Below are positions 27,290 through 37,749 of a stretch of DNA of 64,000 nucleotides, in pieces. Positions within the stretch are counted from its first letter, which is position 1. The number at the start of each line of letters is the position of its first letter. A program made the position numbers and the translations under genes. Source of the stretch: a virus; the IMG/VR virus record IMGVR_UViG_3300009149_000014, positions 32,001 to 96,000 of that record; one strand, written 5' to 3'. The notes beneath the pieces were generated by a model, which saw only the letters and a program-made list of their open reading frames with translations, did not search any database and was not told where the DNA came from.

Positions 27290-28417
27290 ATGAAGTATAA
27301 AATCCCGCCCGATAAAATTCGCAAATGGATCGAGGCGAACTTTGATTATAAAGTTCGCAAAAGCGGACGTGAATATCTAATTTGCAATCCCCTGTATGAC
27401 ACTGATAAAAAACGATTCAATATCAACATTGAAACGGGGGGTTGCCACGATTGGAACGGCGACGAATGGGCCGGTGATCCTAATCCCAAAACCGGCAAAC
27501 GCCCTTGCCATATTGTTCGTTTTGTTCAACTTTATCGCGGTGTAAGCTTCCGCGATGCTCTCCGTGAACTCATCGGCGACGGAGCCCTGATACACGCTTA
27601 TCAGCGTTCAGAGCCCGCCGAAGTCAAAGAAGACACCACGGAGACCATGGCGATTCAGATTCCGAAGGGCTTTAAGCCCCTCGATAATCCGGATTCCCTC
27701 ATGAAACGGCCTCTATGGAATTATCTTCTGTACAGAGGATACACACCAGAAGAAATAATTGAACAAAATATCCACTATCGTGGTTCTGATATTCTATGGC
27801 TTTATACCGAGTTCGGCGAATTGGTTTATATGCAAAGTCGGAACATCTATACCAAAAGGTTCTGGTTCCCTTCGACTGATGTTCTGGATGATCAAAATGA
27901 GAAGATCGGAGAATTAGAAGTCACTCGGGACCACGTGTTGTACGGCTTTGATGAAATCCCCAGAGCCGAATATATTATCCTCACGGAATCGATTTTCGAC
28001 AAAAACACTCTCGGTATACACACTCTTGGTACTGGTGGAGTTATTCTGTCTGAAGGACAATTGAAGAGAATTAAGCTTATTGGCCCCAAACAGGGGATAG
28101 TATTAGCTCCCGATAATGACAAACCAGCCATCGAAAGTATTCTTACTAATGCTCCTCGATTGGCAAATATGGGGTATAAAGTCTTTTTCTCTATTCCTCC
28201 TAGTCTTCCCTACACCAACGCTAAAGGTGAAGAGGAATTTACGAAGGATTGGAATGAGATGTTGACGGGATTAAAATTAACGAGACCCCAGATCGTTGAA
28301 ACAATGAATCAGAGATTGGTTCCTTTCAACGAAATAACCAGGCTCCGATTGAGACAATTATTGGTATCGGATAAAAAGGCACTTAACAATGGCAAATCAA
28401 GATCATTCCTCGCCTAA
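27290..28417 (+). CDS. DNA primase (DnaG / T4 gp61-like)
   Basis: FVQLYRGVSFRDAL, YLLYRG, YMQSR, LYGFD, LTESIFD and APDND TOPRIM motifs, KDWNE. Confidence 0.88.
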   Translation: MKYKIPPDKIRKWIEANFDYKVRKSGREYLICNPLYDTDKKRFNINIETGGCHDWNGDEWAGDPNPKTGKRPCHIVRFVQLYRGVSFRDALRELIGDGALIHAYQRSEPAEVKEDTTETMAIQIPKGFKPLDNPDSLMKRPLWNYLLYRGYTPEEIIEQNIHYRGSDILWLYTEFGELVYMQSRNIYTKRFWFPSTDVLDDQNEKIGELEVTRDHVLYGFDEIPRAEYIILTESIFDKNTLGIHTLGTGGVILSEGQLKRIKLIGPKQGIVLAPDNDKPAIESILTNAPRLANMGYKVFFSIPPSLPYTNAKGEEEFTKDWNEMLTGLKLTRPQIVETMNQRLVPFNEITRLRLRQLLVSDKKALNNGKSRSFLA

Positions 28418-28976
28418 GCCTCGCGTCTGGACCCGTGATGAAATTTCCGATTGGTTAGAATCACAACCTCCGGAATTTCAGGAAGTTCTGAAAGGAATGG
28501 GCCGTCTGATGTTGAAGTCTCATGCCGTTCGCGATCTTGCTGATGGATATAGTACGGTTCGCCGTTATCTTGAAAATGGATGGGTTATTCCGAGTGATTT
28601 GACAGCTGACACCTCTTTGATTAATCTCGGTATGATTGCACTTAAAAGAATGAGTAACCGTGGTATTCGACCTTTAGTTGCTCAACAAGCTCCGGCTATG
28701 CAGGTTTCTAGTCCAGGTGGATGGTTTGGAATGTTCAAGGACATGATGTTGGGTGCTCAAGAAGCCAGGATTTATGGAAATCTTGCTAATTTGGGTAATA
28801 ATCATCGTGAACAGATGAATTTTAACCATGAGGCTGAACGACGCCGACAAGAAGCTGATTATGCGGCGGACCGATATCGCAATGAGATGCTTCAAATAGA
28901 GCGTAGCCGAGCACAAGCTGAAGAACGCGAACGTCGATGTACTATTGATGGTCAAGGTAATAAATTATATTACTAA
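28389..28976 (+). CDS. hypothetical protein (195 aa)
   Basis: ATG ORF overlapping the primase end; coiled-coil C-terminus. Confidence 0.7.
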   Translation: MANQDHSSPKPRVWTRDEISDWLESQPPEFQEVLKGMGRLMLKSHAVRDLADGYSTVRRYLENGWVIPSDLTADTSLINLGMIALKRMSNRGIRPLVAQQAPAMQVSSPGGWFGMFKDMMLGAQEARIYGNLANLGNNHREQMNFNHEAERRRQEADYAADRYRNEMLQIERSRAQAEERERRCTIDGQGNKLYY

Positions 28977-29058
28977 TCCGACGTTTGTTTCAGTACCATT
29001 ATCAGTAAATATAGATGGAGTCTTTTTCCATTGATTGTTAGCTTACTGGTACTTCTCT

Positions 29059-32000
29059 ATGGCGTTCGATCCGAATCTCTACGCTATTCAAATTGCATTG
29101 AGCATTGACGCTGGTGAAGCGTTTAAGACTGTCAGTGATTTGGAAGGAAGAGTAAACAGTATCGAGGATGCCTTCTCAAAGGCAATGACTCAGACTTTGG
29201 GTCATGTGGCTACTGTTACTAGTGAGATTAATTCTCAGCTAGAAGGTATGACCGGACTTGTTACCGATATTAATGCTCAATATGCTGTTCAATTCGATCA
29301 GATAAGTGATACCTTAAATCGCGAATTGGAGCAAGTTAACAATATCGAACGAATCCAAGAAATCGAAGAAGAGCTATATGATCTTCGTCAAGAAATGTTC
29401 GAGAGTCTACAAGAATTCCGACTTATCAATGAACAATTGGTCGTTCTTTTTGAGAATCAACGAGTAACAACAACTGGTCTGAGCGATGTTTATGATGAAA
29501 TGCTTGATCAGTTAGAAGAAATGGGTGTTGATACTGATAACATCCGTAAATCTCTTGCAGGTTCAATTAATCAAGCGAGAGCATTTCGCACAGAATTCCA
29601 AGATATTCTACGAACGATTCAGCAATCCGCCACTGCGATGTATGCGAATGCAACAGCTATGGCTGAGATTACTAAGATGACCGAAAGATTCGTTACGGCG
29701 AATTATCGGGCATATGGCACACAACATCAACTTATGGAAGCTGTGACTGATACAGCTTCTGAATTTGGTGTTTTGCATGACGCAACAGCTGAAGCATATG
29801 AACAATTAATGGGTATTAGAGTTCCAATCGAATTGTTGGAACAATATGCCGGAATGGTCACTCAAACGTCTCGAATTTCAGGTGCTGGAACCCGCCAACT
29901 AGCAGACTATACTCGGACAATGGCAGGTAGCGGTCTAGAAGCTGGTGATACAGCTTACGTTTTATCCACATTGACGGCGGCTCAAGAACAATTCGGATTG
30001 ACCACCGATGAAGTAAACAAGATCCTTGCTGAGAATCTTGAAAAACTGGGTATGATGACTACTATTTATGGTAGTGATATTCCTAGAGATATGGCAATCG
30101 CACAAGCGGCTTTTGCTGGACTTATCAAACAAACTGGAGCAAGTGCACAAGCTGGCAATAAGCTTAACGAAATGTTGTACGCTACGGGTCAAGAAGCCAT
30201 TATTTTAAGGGCCAAACTTGGTGCTGCATTTAATGATGATACTGCCAGTCGATTTGATGTCATCAATGATAAATTTGGCGATATGGGCAAACAACTTTAT
30301 GAAGCTCAAGTAAGATCGAAACAAACTGGTGAATCAATCGATGGTCTTGTAATTGCTCTCGGTGCTCAAGCTAAAGCAATGGGTGGTAGTTATGAAATGG
30401 TCGATATGTATGCTAGAGCCATTAGAGATGCTGGTGGTGACTTAAACGCTGCTGTCAAACCATTTGCTGAATATGAACGCCAAATTGGTGCAGCTCAAGA
30501 CCGGCAACGCCAATTCACACAAAGCATTAACACTCTCTATTTCTCTGTTCAAAGTCTAACGGCTTCATTGTTTGCTTTGGTGCAACCAGTTATCCAATTT
30601 ATCGCCAGAGGGATGATTCCTCTGATTCAGATCGCCACATTTGTTGTCGACTCTTTCGTCAGCATCATTGACGTCTTCACAGGAACTTGGACAGCCTTAG
30701 AAGGTCTCATTCCACCATTGGCTTGGGTCCGCCAAGGTTTAGAAATGTTGGTCGCGGCTGGAATTCTTCTTGGTCCAGTAATCGGCGGTCTGATCGGATT
30801 GTTCTCCGCTGCTGCTGGTATGGTAGGTTTATTCGCTGGATCATTAGCTGCTATTGGCACGATATTTAGCCAATTTACTGGACTAGTCCAAGCCGGGCTT
30901 GCGAATCTTGGGCAATTGTTTATTTCATTTATGACCACCATCGGTACTGGTCTTGCAAGACTTGGTAGTGCAGTTGCTCCAGTAATGTTACCATTATTGG
31001 CCTTGGGTGGTGCTCTCTTAATGGTCGGTGCTTCGGCTTACTTGTTCGCTCAAGCTACTGTAATGATCGCTCAAGAAGGTTGGGCGGCTGTTGGTGTGAT
31101 GTTCGGACTTGTGGCTGCTATCGGTTTATTAGGACTTGCACTAGTTGGCCTCGGTATGCTTGCTCAAGGGCCTGTTGCATTGGGTTTGCTTGCTGTTGGT
31201 GCTGCTTTACTAATGGTTGGTGGTGCGGTCTATTTGGTTGGTGCTGGAATCGGTTTAGCGGCTAACGGTATGGCAGCACTTGTTGCAGCTGTGCCACCTG
31301 ATATTGGTGTTCGATTCGTGAGTTTGGCTGCTGGGCTGACCGCTTTGAGTCTAAGTGCTTGGATTATCACTCCCGGATTGCTTGTACTTGGTGTTGGGCT
31401 AGCTGCCATTGCTATTCCAGCGTATGTGGCTGGAATCGGTTTGACATCATTAGCATCGGCAATGGAATCATTGCAAGATATTACATTCCCAGATATTGGT
31501 GGGAAAATGCTCCTGTTCGCTCTCGATCTAGCTGCTGGAGCCTTGATCCTTGGTGCAGCTCTTATCCCATTAACTATTGCTGGTGCTGGGCTTTACATGT
31601 TCGCTCAAGGACTTCAAGCTCTACAGGGGTTTGAGGTTCCAGATCTTGGCGGCAAATTGATTATAATGGCTGGGAGCCTCGTTATCGGTGCTTATTTATT
31701 AGGAGCTGCTATTGCTCCATTAATAATTGCTGGTGCGGGTCTTTGGGCTTTTGCTCAAGGATTGAAACAGATGCAGGGGCTTGAGGTTCCTGATATTGGT
31801 CCTAAATTGATTGTGATGGCTGGAAGCCTTGCTCTTGGTGCTTATCTTCTTGGTGCTGCTGTTTGGCCTTTAATTATCGCTGGTGCTGGGCTTTACGCTT
31901 TTGCTACTGGTTTGCAACAATTGCAGGGGCTTGAGGTTCCAGATCTTGGTGGTAAGTTAATTGTGATGGCCGGGAGCCTTGCTCTTGGTGCTTATCTTCT

Positions 32001-33051
32001 TGGTGCTGCTGTTGCCCCATTGATTTTGGCAGGGGCTGGGCTTTACATGTTCGCTCAGGGGCTCGAAGCTTTGCAGGGGCTTGAGGTTCCTGATATTGGT
32101 CCTAAATTAATTGTGATGGCTGGAAGTCTTTCTAGTGCTGCGGTGATTTTGGGTCCTGCGGTGATTATGTTATCAGCAGCTGGTGTGGGTCTTTGGGTGT
32201 TCGCTCAAGGATTGAAGCAGTTGCAGGGTCTTGAATTGGAGGGCGTTGGGGACGATATTCTTTCTATTGCGATTGGTGTTGGTGCTGCCGCTTATATTCT
32301 TGGTCCTGCTGCTGGTTTGTTGACTGTTGCTAGTGTTGGGTTGGCTGCTGCTGGTGTTGCTTTGGGTGCTGCTGGTATTTCTATTACGGTTGGTGCGATT
32401 TCTCTTGGGTTTGCCACTAGTTTCTTGAATTCGGCTATTGATAATCTTGATGAGTCAGCTGATGTAATGGAGAGATTTACTTCTGCAGCTGAACGGTTTA
32501 ATGCTTTGAGTTTTAGTGCTTTGAGTGGTAGTGTGAGAGATCTGGGTAATGTGGCTAATAATATGGTTCATTACCTGCGTTCATTAACTTCAGCTGCTGA
32601 AGAAATGAACGATACTCAAATTGATGCAAAGGATCTTGCTGCGAGTATTTCTGAGGCCGCTATTTTGTTAGATGTTGCTGCTCAATCGTTGGCTAATCCA
32701 ACTCGAACTTTAACTACTCAAATCAATGGTATTGTCGAACAAGTAGAACGTTTGATCGCGGCTGAAGCTCAGATTCGAGAAATTGGTGGTGAGATTTCTG
32801 ATGTTGTTCAACAGCCTCGTGAAGAGGCTCAACAGCCGAATGAAATGAGAGTTGTCGAAAAAGTCACTGAAGCTGTTAATGCTTTGGTCGAAGTTAAACA
32901 AGACAATAGTGAAATGGTTGCTCTGCTTGCTAGATTAGTCGAGTTGATGGAGAAACAAGCTAATAATCAAAATCGAGAAGGTTTCTTTCAAAATGAAGCT
33001 GGTGAGCAACCAAGCGGCAAGAAATTCCATGAAGCTGGAGTCAAAATGTGA
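29059..33051 (+). CDS. tape measure protein
   Basis: ~1330 aa, helical Ala/Gly-rich, long hydrophobic region and internal repeats, upstream of baseplate genes. Confidence 0.88.
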   Translation: MAFDPNLYAIQIALSIDAGEAFKTVSDLEGRVNSIEDAFSKAMTQTLGHVATVTSEINSQLEGMTGLVTDINAQYAVQFDQISDTLNRELEQVNNIERIQEIEEELYDLRQEMFESLQEFRLINEQLVVLFENQRVTTTGLSDVYDEMLDQLEEMGVDTDNIRKSLAGSINQARAFRTEFQDILRTIQQSATAMYANATAMAEITKMTERFVTANYRAYGTQHQLMEAVTDTASEFGVLHDATAEAYEQLMGIRVPIELLEQYAGMVTQTSRISGAGTRQLADYTRTMAGSGLEAGDTAYVLSTLTAAQEQFGLTTDEVNKILAENLEKLGMMTTIYGSDIPRDMAIAQAAFAGLIKQTGASAQAGNKLNEMLYATGQEAIILRAKLGAAFNDDTASRFDVINDKFGDMGKQLYEAQVRSKQTGESIDGLVIALGAQAKAMGGSYEMVDMYARAIRDAGGDLNAAVKPFAEYERQIGAAQDRQRQFTQSINTLYFSVQSLTASLFALVQPVIQFIARGMIPLIQIATFVVDSFVSIIDVFTGTWTALEGLIPPLAWVRQGLEMLVAAGILLGPVIGGLIGLFSAAAGMVGLFAGSLAAIGTIFSQFTGLVQAGLANLGQLFISFMTTIGTGLARLGSAVAPVMLPLLALGGALLMVGASAYLFAQATVMIAQEGWAAVGVMFGLVAAIGLLGLALVGLGMLAQGPVALGLLAVGAALLMVGGAVYLVGAGIGLAANGMAALVAAVPPDIGVRFVSLAAGLTALSLSAWIITPGLLVLGVGLAAIAIPAYVAGIGLTSLASAMESLQDITFPDIGGKMLLFALDLAAGALILGAALIPLTIAGAGLYMFAQGLQALQGFEVPDLGGKLIIMAGSLVIGAYLLGAAIAPLIIAGAGLWAFAQGLKQMQGLEVPDIGPKLIVMAGSLALGAYLLGAAVWPLIIAGAGLYAFATGLQQLQGLEVPDLGGKLIVMAGSLALGAYLLGAAVAPLILAGAGLYMFAQGLEALQGLEVPDIGPKLIVMAGSLSSAAVILGPAVIMLSAAGVGLWVFAQGLKQLQGLELEGVGDDILSIAIGVGAAAYILGPAAGLLTVASVGLAAAGVALGAAGISITVGAISLGFATSFLNSAIDNLDESADVMERFTSAAERFNALSFSALSGSVRDLGNVANNMVHYLRSLTSAAEEMNDTQIDAKDLAASISEAAILLDVAAQSLANPTRTLTTQINGIVEQVERLIAAEAQIREIGGEISDVVQQPREEAQQPNEMRVVEKVTEAVNALVEVKQDNSEMVALLARLVELMEKQANNQNREGFFQNEAGEQPSGKKFHEAGVKM
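31489..32330 (+). repeat. 150-bp (50-aa) tandem repeat in tape measure gene, about 5.5 copies
   Basis: PD(I/L)G(G/P)K begins at 31489, 31639, 31789, 31939, 32089; degenerate copy at 32239. Confidence 0.9.
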
Positions 33052-33635
33052 GCAGTCGCTATCTAACAAATAAAGACAGAGGGATTGTTGAAGGTGTGCA
33101 ATTGTTTCTTGCTTATCGCAGTGAGCAAGTAGAATTTCAATTCCCACCTACGATTGAGAATGATTCCCGTCGTGTGAATTGGACTACTGAGAATTTGCCC
33201 GGTAAGGACCCTTTGGCAATTTATTCTAATAATTCCGCTCGTGAAATGACGTTGAAATTAGAATATATTGTTGAAGACCCATCTTTGGAAATTCTCGGGA
33301 ACATTTGGACAATTGGTCGTATAAAGAGACAAATTAACCTGTTGAAAGGTTATTTTTCTGGTCTTCAGGCTGATGCTGCTGGTTTCGTGGCCGCTGGAAC
33401 TATGACGGCTTATTTTATTCATACTTATATTACTGGTACATCGGCATGGAGTGTTCGAATTGGCAATGTCAATGTGACATATGATGGGCCGCAAATTGGC
33501 CCTGGTCCATTGTCATATCCGCTGAAAACAATTGTCAATGTTGATATTGCTACTGTTAGTTCCGGATCTGGTACTGAGGAAGTGTACTGGGACGGATTGA
33601 AACAGTTCCCTGAATTTGACGACTTGTGGTATTAA
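33048..33635 (+). CDS. baseplate / tail tube initiator-like protein
   Basis: FQFPPTIENDSRRVNW..NLPGKDPLAIYSN.SAREMTLKL; directly follows the tape measure gene (GTGA overlap). Confidence 0.6.
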   Translation: MSSRYLTNKDRGIVEGVQLFLAYRSEQVEFQFPPTIENDSRRVNWTTENLPGKDPLAIYSNNSAREMTLKLEYIVEDPSLEILGNIWTIGRIKRQINLLKGYFSGLQADAAGFVAAGTMTAYFIHTYITGTSAWSVRIGNVNVTYDGPQIGPGPLSYPLKTIVNVDIATVSSGSGTEEVYWDGLKQFPEFDDLWY

Positions 33636-33636
33636 A

Positions 33637-33954
33637 ATGACTCGATATGATAATGCTCAAAGCGTCTTATACAAGAATTTCGAGACAAAGGCTCGATTGC
33701 GGGAATATTCGTGGTTGGTTACTAAACCGATCGACACTGATATTTCGTCTTTTAAAGTGAACACTCAGACTGCTGGTGCTCCACGTCGAATCGCTCAACA
33801 AGTGTATGGTGATCATAACTTGTATTGGGTATTAGTGATGTTTAATAACAAATGGTTTGCTGATCCGGGGGCACTGCAGGTCTTGAATTGGCCTGTGGCG
33901 GGGCAAGTGCTGTTCTATCCGAATCGCTATGTAATTATACCAACGTTGTCTTAG
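33637..33954 (+). CDS. baseplate wedge protein (T4 gp53-like, LysM-like)
   Basis: GAPRRIAQQVYGDHNLYWVLVMFN..AGQVLFYP. Confidence 0.8.
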   Translation: MTRYDNAQSVLYKNFETKARLREYSWLVTKPIDTDISSFKVNTQTAGAPRRIAQQVYGDHNLYWVLVMFNNKWFADPGALQVLNWPVAGQVLFYPNRYVIIPTLS

Positions 33955-35276
33955 AGACCAACTGGTACCGCATTTGCGTTTAAATCGAGTTTGCTCAATT
34001 TCAGAACAGTCGTCCAATTGTTTTCATACCAAGTGTGTTCGAAACCGTAAACCAGCCAATTACCAGACATAAAATAATTCTTTACGCCGTCTTTGAAATT
34101 GTTGTGCCAATCGACGTAAACATTAACAGCTCCTAAACCAATCGTGCTGTCCCATACGCCGTGTCCTTTGACTTTCAAATCAATAGTGAACATTTTATAA
34201 GCGTGTCGCACATATTCTGTTCGAGCATAAGCATCAAAAAAGTCAATGTATGGGACTTCGATCTCGCCAGCACTAAAGTATTCTGGTGGACTCTCCACGA
34301 ATGACCGTCCAAAACGACCTTTTGCATAAGTTGCGTTTTCCGGACGGATCGTGCTACGAAGCACACCAGTCATTGGTTGTTTTGGTTTCCATTTATTTTC
34401 GGTATTGTTTTCACTTACGATTGCTTTATTGGGTCGATTCGTTTGGTCATAAACTTGCCCAAGCGTAGCTGTTACGCCTGCTGTAACTAGCCCCATTTCA
34501 TGATGGCCGAGGCTTGGATTTAGCACAGCTTCCCAATCAATTATATCGCCATAACCGTTCTCATCCATTTTCCGATAATAACCAAGGGATGATGGCGTGA
34601 AAGTCGATATTGGACCAATTTTTACTTCATCATTGAACATTCCAACGGCCCATGGTGTCCCTGACTCGTCCAAAGATGAAGCAATATGTAACCAATGTGA
34701 TAGCACGTCTCGTGGAGCACGCCTCATCATCCACCATACATTGGCTTTTGAATCTCTTGTTTCAGGCACAGTTAAATTGTATCCTGATGGAATATACCGT
34801 CTCAATAATTGTCTAATTACTTCACTGATGTTTCCTTCGAATCCTCCACCAAATGCGTCCCCAATTCTAAAGAAGAAATTGAGGGGATCAATAGCCAAGA
34901 TTTCAACGTAATCAATTTCTCCAGAACCATGTGGATAGATCATGACGATGTACGCTTTGATCGTCCTAGTCTCTTCTCTTGGATATCCACGACCACTTCC
35001 AGGTTCATACTTAATTTTCAAAGTCAAAGCGATTGGATTGTCACGGATTCTTTCTAACAATCTGTAAGACCCCGTGTTGTCCCCTTCGAACATCCCGTCT
35101 AAAATCGCAAAGTTCGGATTTTTAATCTGAATTCTTATGGCATAACCATTATTAATGAAACCTTTGAAAATGACCTTTTTAATATAAGGCCCTAGATCCC
35201 CGGCATTCAAATCGGGGATAAAGACTTCCACAGAAGCTCTTTGGCCTGCTATCGGTTTCAAATCAATGTTGGACAT
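33951..35276 (-). CDS. baseplate hub protein (gp27 / late control D-like), inverted orientation
   Basis: 441-aa ORF between gp53 and gp5; GNISEVIRQLL, LKVKG, SGNWLVYGFEH..WTTVLKLSK typical of hub proteins. Confidence 0.7.
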   Translation of the reverse strand: MSNIDLKPIAGQRASVEVFIPDLNAGDLGPYIKKVIFKGFINNGYAIRIQIKNPNFAILDGMFEGDNTGSYRLLERIRDNPIALTLKIKYEPGSGRGYPREETRTIKAYIVMIYPHGSGEIDYVEILAIDPLNFFFRIGDAFGGGFEGNISEVIRQLLRRYIPSGYNLTVPETRDSKANVWWMMRRAPRDVLSHWLHIASSLDESGTPWAVGMFNDEVKIGPISTFTPSSLGYYRKMDENGYGDIIDWEAVLNPSLGHHEMGLVTAGVTATLGQVYDQTNRPNKAIVSENNTENKWKPKQPMTGVLRSTIRPENATYAKGRFGRSFVESPPEYFSAGEIEVPYIDFFDAYARTEYVRHAYKMFTIDLKVKGHGVWDSTIGLGAVNVYVDWHNNFKDGVKNYFMSGNWLVYGFEHTWYENNWTTVLKLSKLDLNANAVPVGL

Positions 35277-35555
35277 ATGGTCGCCATTATCAAATACAAG
35301 AACAAGCTAAGAGTCGTATTTATCTTAGGTCGAGATAAGGGTAAATTGTACGTTCTTTCGAGCGAACAAATACCAGAACCTCTAGCCGCCCCATTATCTA
35401 AAATTCTTTATGGAATCGAAAGTTTAGGTAAGAGGATCGAGGTTTTGAAAGATGAATTCACCCCGATATATAAATCAGCGTTACGGATATTGGATGCTGA
35501 CAAAACAGTAGTAGTAGAATCTTATGACAAACCAAAATTCTCTGGTAGACCATGA
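35277..35555 (+). CDS. hypothetical protein (92 aa)
   Basis: Start moved to ATG 35277; overlaps the gp5-like start. Confidence 0.65.
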   Translation: MVAIIKYKNKLRVVFILGRDKGKLYVLSSEQIPEPLAAPLSKILYGIESLGKRIEVLKDEFTPIYKSALRILDADKTVVVESYDKPKFSGRP

Positions 35556-37749
35556 TTGGGACAATGTTCTTAATCGACCCCCTCTACTACATCTCAAAAA
35601 ATCTGGAGTCTATCGTTCAAAAGTCATCGAAACCAATGACCCATTGAACATGAACCGTCTCCGCGTCATGGTTCCAGAACTCCATGACGATGATATGCCC
35701 CGCGAATACGCACCATGGGCATGCCCAGCTCCAAGCATAGGAGGACGAGGAGCTTTTGCCTTTGTCGCTGCTACCATAGGCGACTGGGTTTGGGTTATGT
35801 TCGAAAAAGAAGATCCGCATGTTCCAGTTTATATTGGCTTTGCCAATCCAACTAGGCGTGGTGCTTACTCGATCCAACAAATCCACATCGAAACACTCCC
35901 TGTCTTAAACGCAAATGGTAAACCAAATCGATCTCGTCAAAACGATTATGACGCTCGATATTTACCAAAAGACGGACGTCCCATGAAAACGGGCTACGTG
36001 GACACTTACGGTAATACCGACATGTCCAGTGCCGTAGGCTATTTCCCAATCGAGCACCAAGCTCCACCAGCTCCAGCTGATCTTGGAACCAGAGCTGGTA
36101 CTAGTATCACACGACGTCGCCAGCCTCCACAAGTCAATGATCCAGACTTGAAATACATGCTGCGAATGACCAAATATGGTCATATTCAATTAATGAGCGA
36201 TCAAGGGTACTATTGGTACAAAGATCCGAACGATCCCAATTCAGAAATGGGCGAATTTTCAGGAGATCGTGATAGAGATTATGCGTATGAAGCCAAAAGA
36301 TGGTTAAATGTTCAGCGGCTCATCTCCGAAGATGACCCATCGAGCCAAGATCGCCGTCGCCAATTAATGATTACTCGATATGGACATCTTTTTGATATGC
36401 GAGATGTCGGATGGGGACAACTCGGACCTATCGCCTCCAAATCCAGAGCCGGTGAATATGGGCCTCGTCGTCATGTGAGCAGTGAAGAGACTCGTGATCA
36501 ACGTTTCATGCGAATGCGGACGAAAGGTGGAATGTACTTTATTATGGGTGATAGAGGATTTCACCCTGAAGAGGATAAATTCGTCAAACGCCGATTGTTT
36601 GATGATTTGCGGCTCCAAGATCAAGAGTTAGAACGTTATTGGGGTGGTGATAAAGATGCCCGGTTTATGGGCTGGATCACTCGATACGGATGGAAGATGA
36701 TACTCGACGATCGCGGAAGTGACGCTCGTCGAGCTGATAAACGAGACCGGCCCCGAGGTCAAGGTATCCTACTCAAGGGCCGGAGAAGGCCAGGGACGGG
36801 CACGGAAGATAGCACTAGTGCTTTAGGCAAGCCTCGTGGTTTCTTTTTTCAAATGGTGGAACGTGACGCATTAAATCACATGATGATGGGAAGCCCTATG
36901 GGGCATTCTATCGAAATGAGTGATAAGTACCAATATACTATGATCGCTACGACCATGGGTCGAAAATGGTCGAGACAATGGGAAGGATTTAGAGAACACG
37001 AATATAATTCACGACCGATGATGGAGCGAAATCCTGAACAGAAATCTCATCATCTCAAATTGGATCATGCTAATGAATATATTAGACTCAAGACTCGTGG
37101 TGGTCGTGGCAGCAATCCAATCGGGAATGTGGTCGAAAAGGGCGTTAGTAAAAGAGAATTGCAACAAGGATTTGAAGCCCGAGACGGAGCAAATGGCGAT
37201 GGTCCTTGGGTAGAGGTTGTTGATGCTCAAAGTCGCGGTATGTGGATGAGCAAGAATCAACAGTTGCTCATCATTCGTGGTAAAAAGAGAAAGAAACTAT
37301 ATCTCTGGATAAATGATACTACTCGCGATTTGGTGATTTTCAACGGTGAACGTAGTGGTACTGTGAAGATCTATTGTCGTGGTAGTATCGAACTTAAAGC
37401 TGAAAGAGATATTACTCTCGACGCCGGACGGTTGTTGAATCTTCGCGGTAATAGGATTCAATTTCAGGCTGATGCTGGTGCTAAAATGACTATGGCACGC
37501 AATTTCTTTTTGAATGCCAAAGTTAATGCTGAACAATTTAGGGGATTTTTCCCTGGAGTTATGCCTGGTCCGGGAGCTGGTTTCCCAGTTACGGACGGGG
37601 CTCAAGATGTCGAAGCTTTAGAAGCTCCCGAGTTGCCGGGAAAAATCGAACCTAGCGACCGTGGTAAAACGTATAATGGGCCTTTCACGGGAATTGATCC
37701 TGCTGAATTTAATCCCAAAATTGATAGTAGCAGCGAATCCAACCAATGA
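35524..37749 (+). CDS. baseplate central spike (T4 gp5 / VgrG OB-fold)
   Basis: YRSKVIETNDPLNMNRLRVMVPEL, PWA.P, IGDWVWVMFEKEDP..PVYIG; beta-repeat C-terminus. Confidence 0.85.
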   Translation: MTNQNSLVDHDWDNVLNRPPLLHLKKSGVYRSKVIETNDPLNMNRLRVMVPELHDDDMPREYAPWACPAPSIGGRGAFAFVAATIGDWVWVMFEKEDPHVPVYIGFANPTRRGAYSIQQIHIETLPVLNANGKPNRSRQNDYDARYLPKDGRPMKTGYVDTYGNTDMSSAVGYFPIEHQAPPAPADLGTRAGTSITRRRQPPQVNDPDLKYMLRMTKYGHIQLMSDQGYYWYKDPNDPNSEMGEFSGDRDRDYAYEAKRWLNVQRLISEDDPSSQDRRRQLMITRYGHLFDMRDVGWGQLGPIASKSRAGEYGPRRHVSSEETRDQRFMRMRTKGGMYFIMGDRGFHPEEDKFVKRRLFDDLRLQDQELERYWGGDKDARFMGWITRYGWKMILDDRGSDARRADKRDRPRGQGILLKGRRRPGTGTEDSTSALGKPRGFFFQMVERDALNHMMMGSPMGHSIEMSDKYQYTMIATTMGRKWSRQWEGFREHEYNSRPMMERNPEQKSHHLKLDHANEYIRLKTRGGRGSNPIGNVVEKGVSKRELQQGFEARDGANGDGPWVEVVDAQSRGMWMSKNQQLLIIRGKKRKKLYLWINDTTRDLVIFNGERSGTVKIYCRGSIELKAERDITLDAGRLLNLRGNRIQFQADAGAKMTMARNFFLNAKVNAEQFRGFFPGVMPGPGAGFPVTDGAQDVEALEAPELPGKIEPSDRGKTYNGPFTGIDPAEFNPKIDSSSESNQ

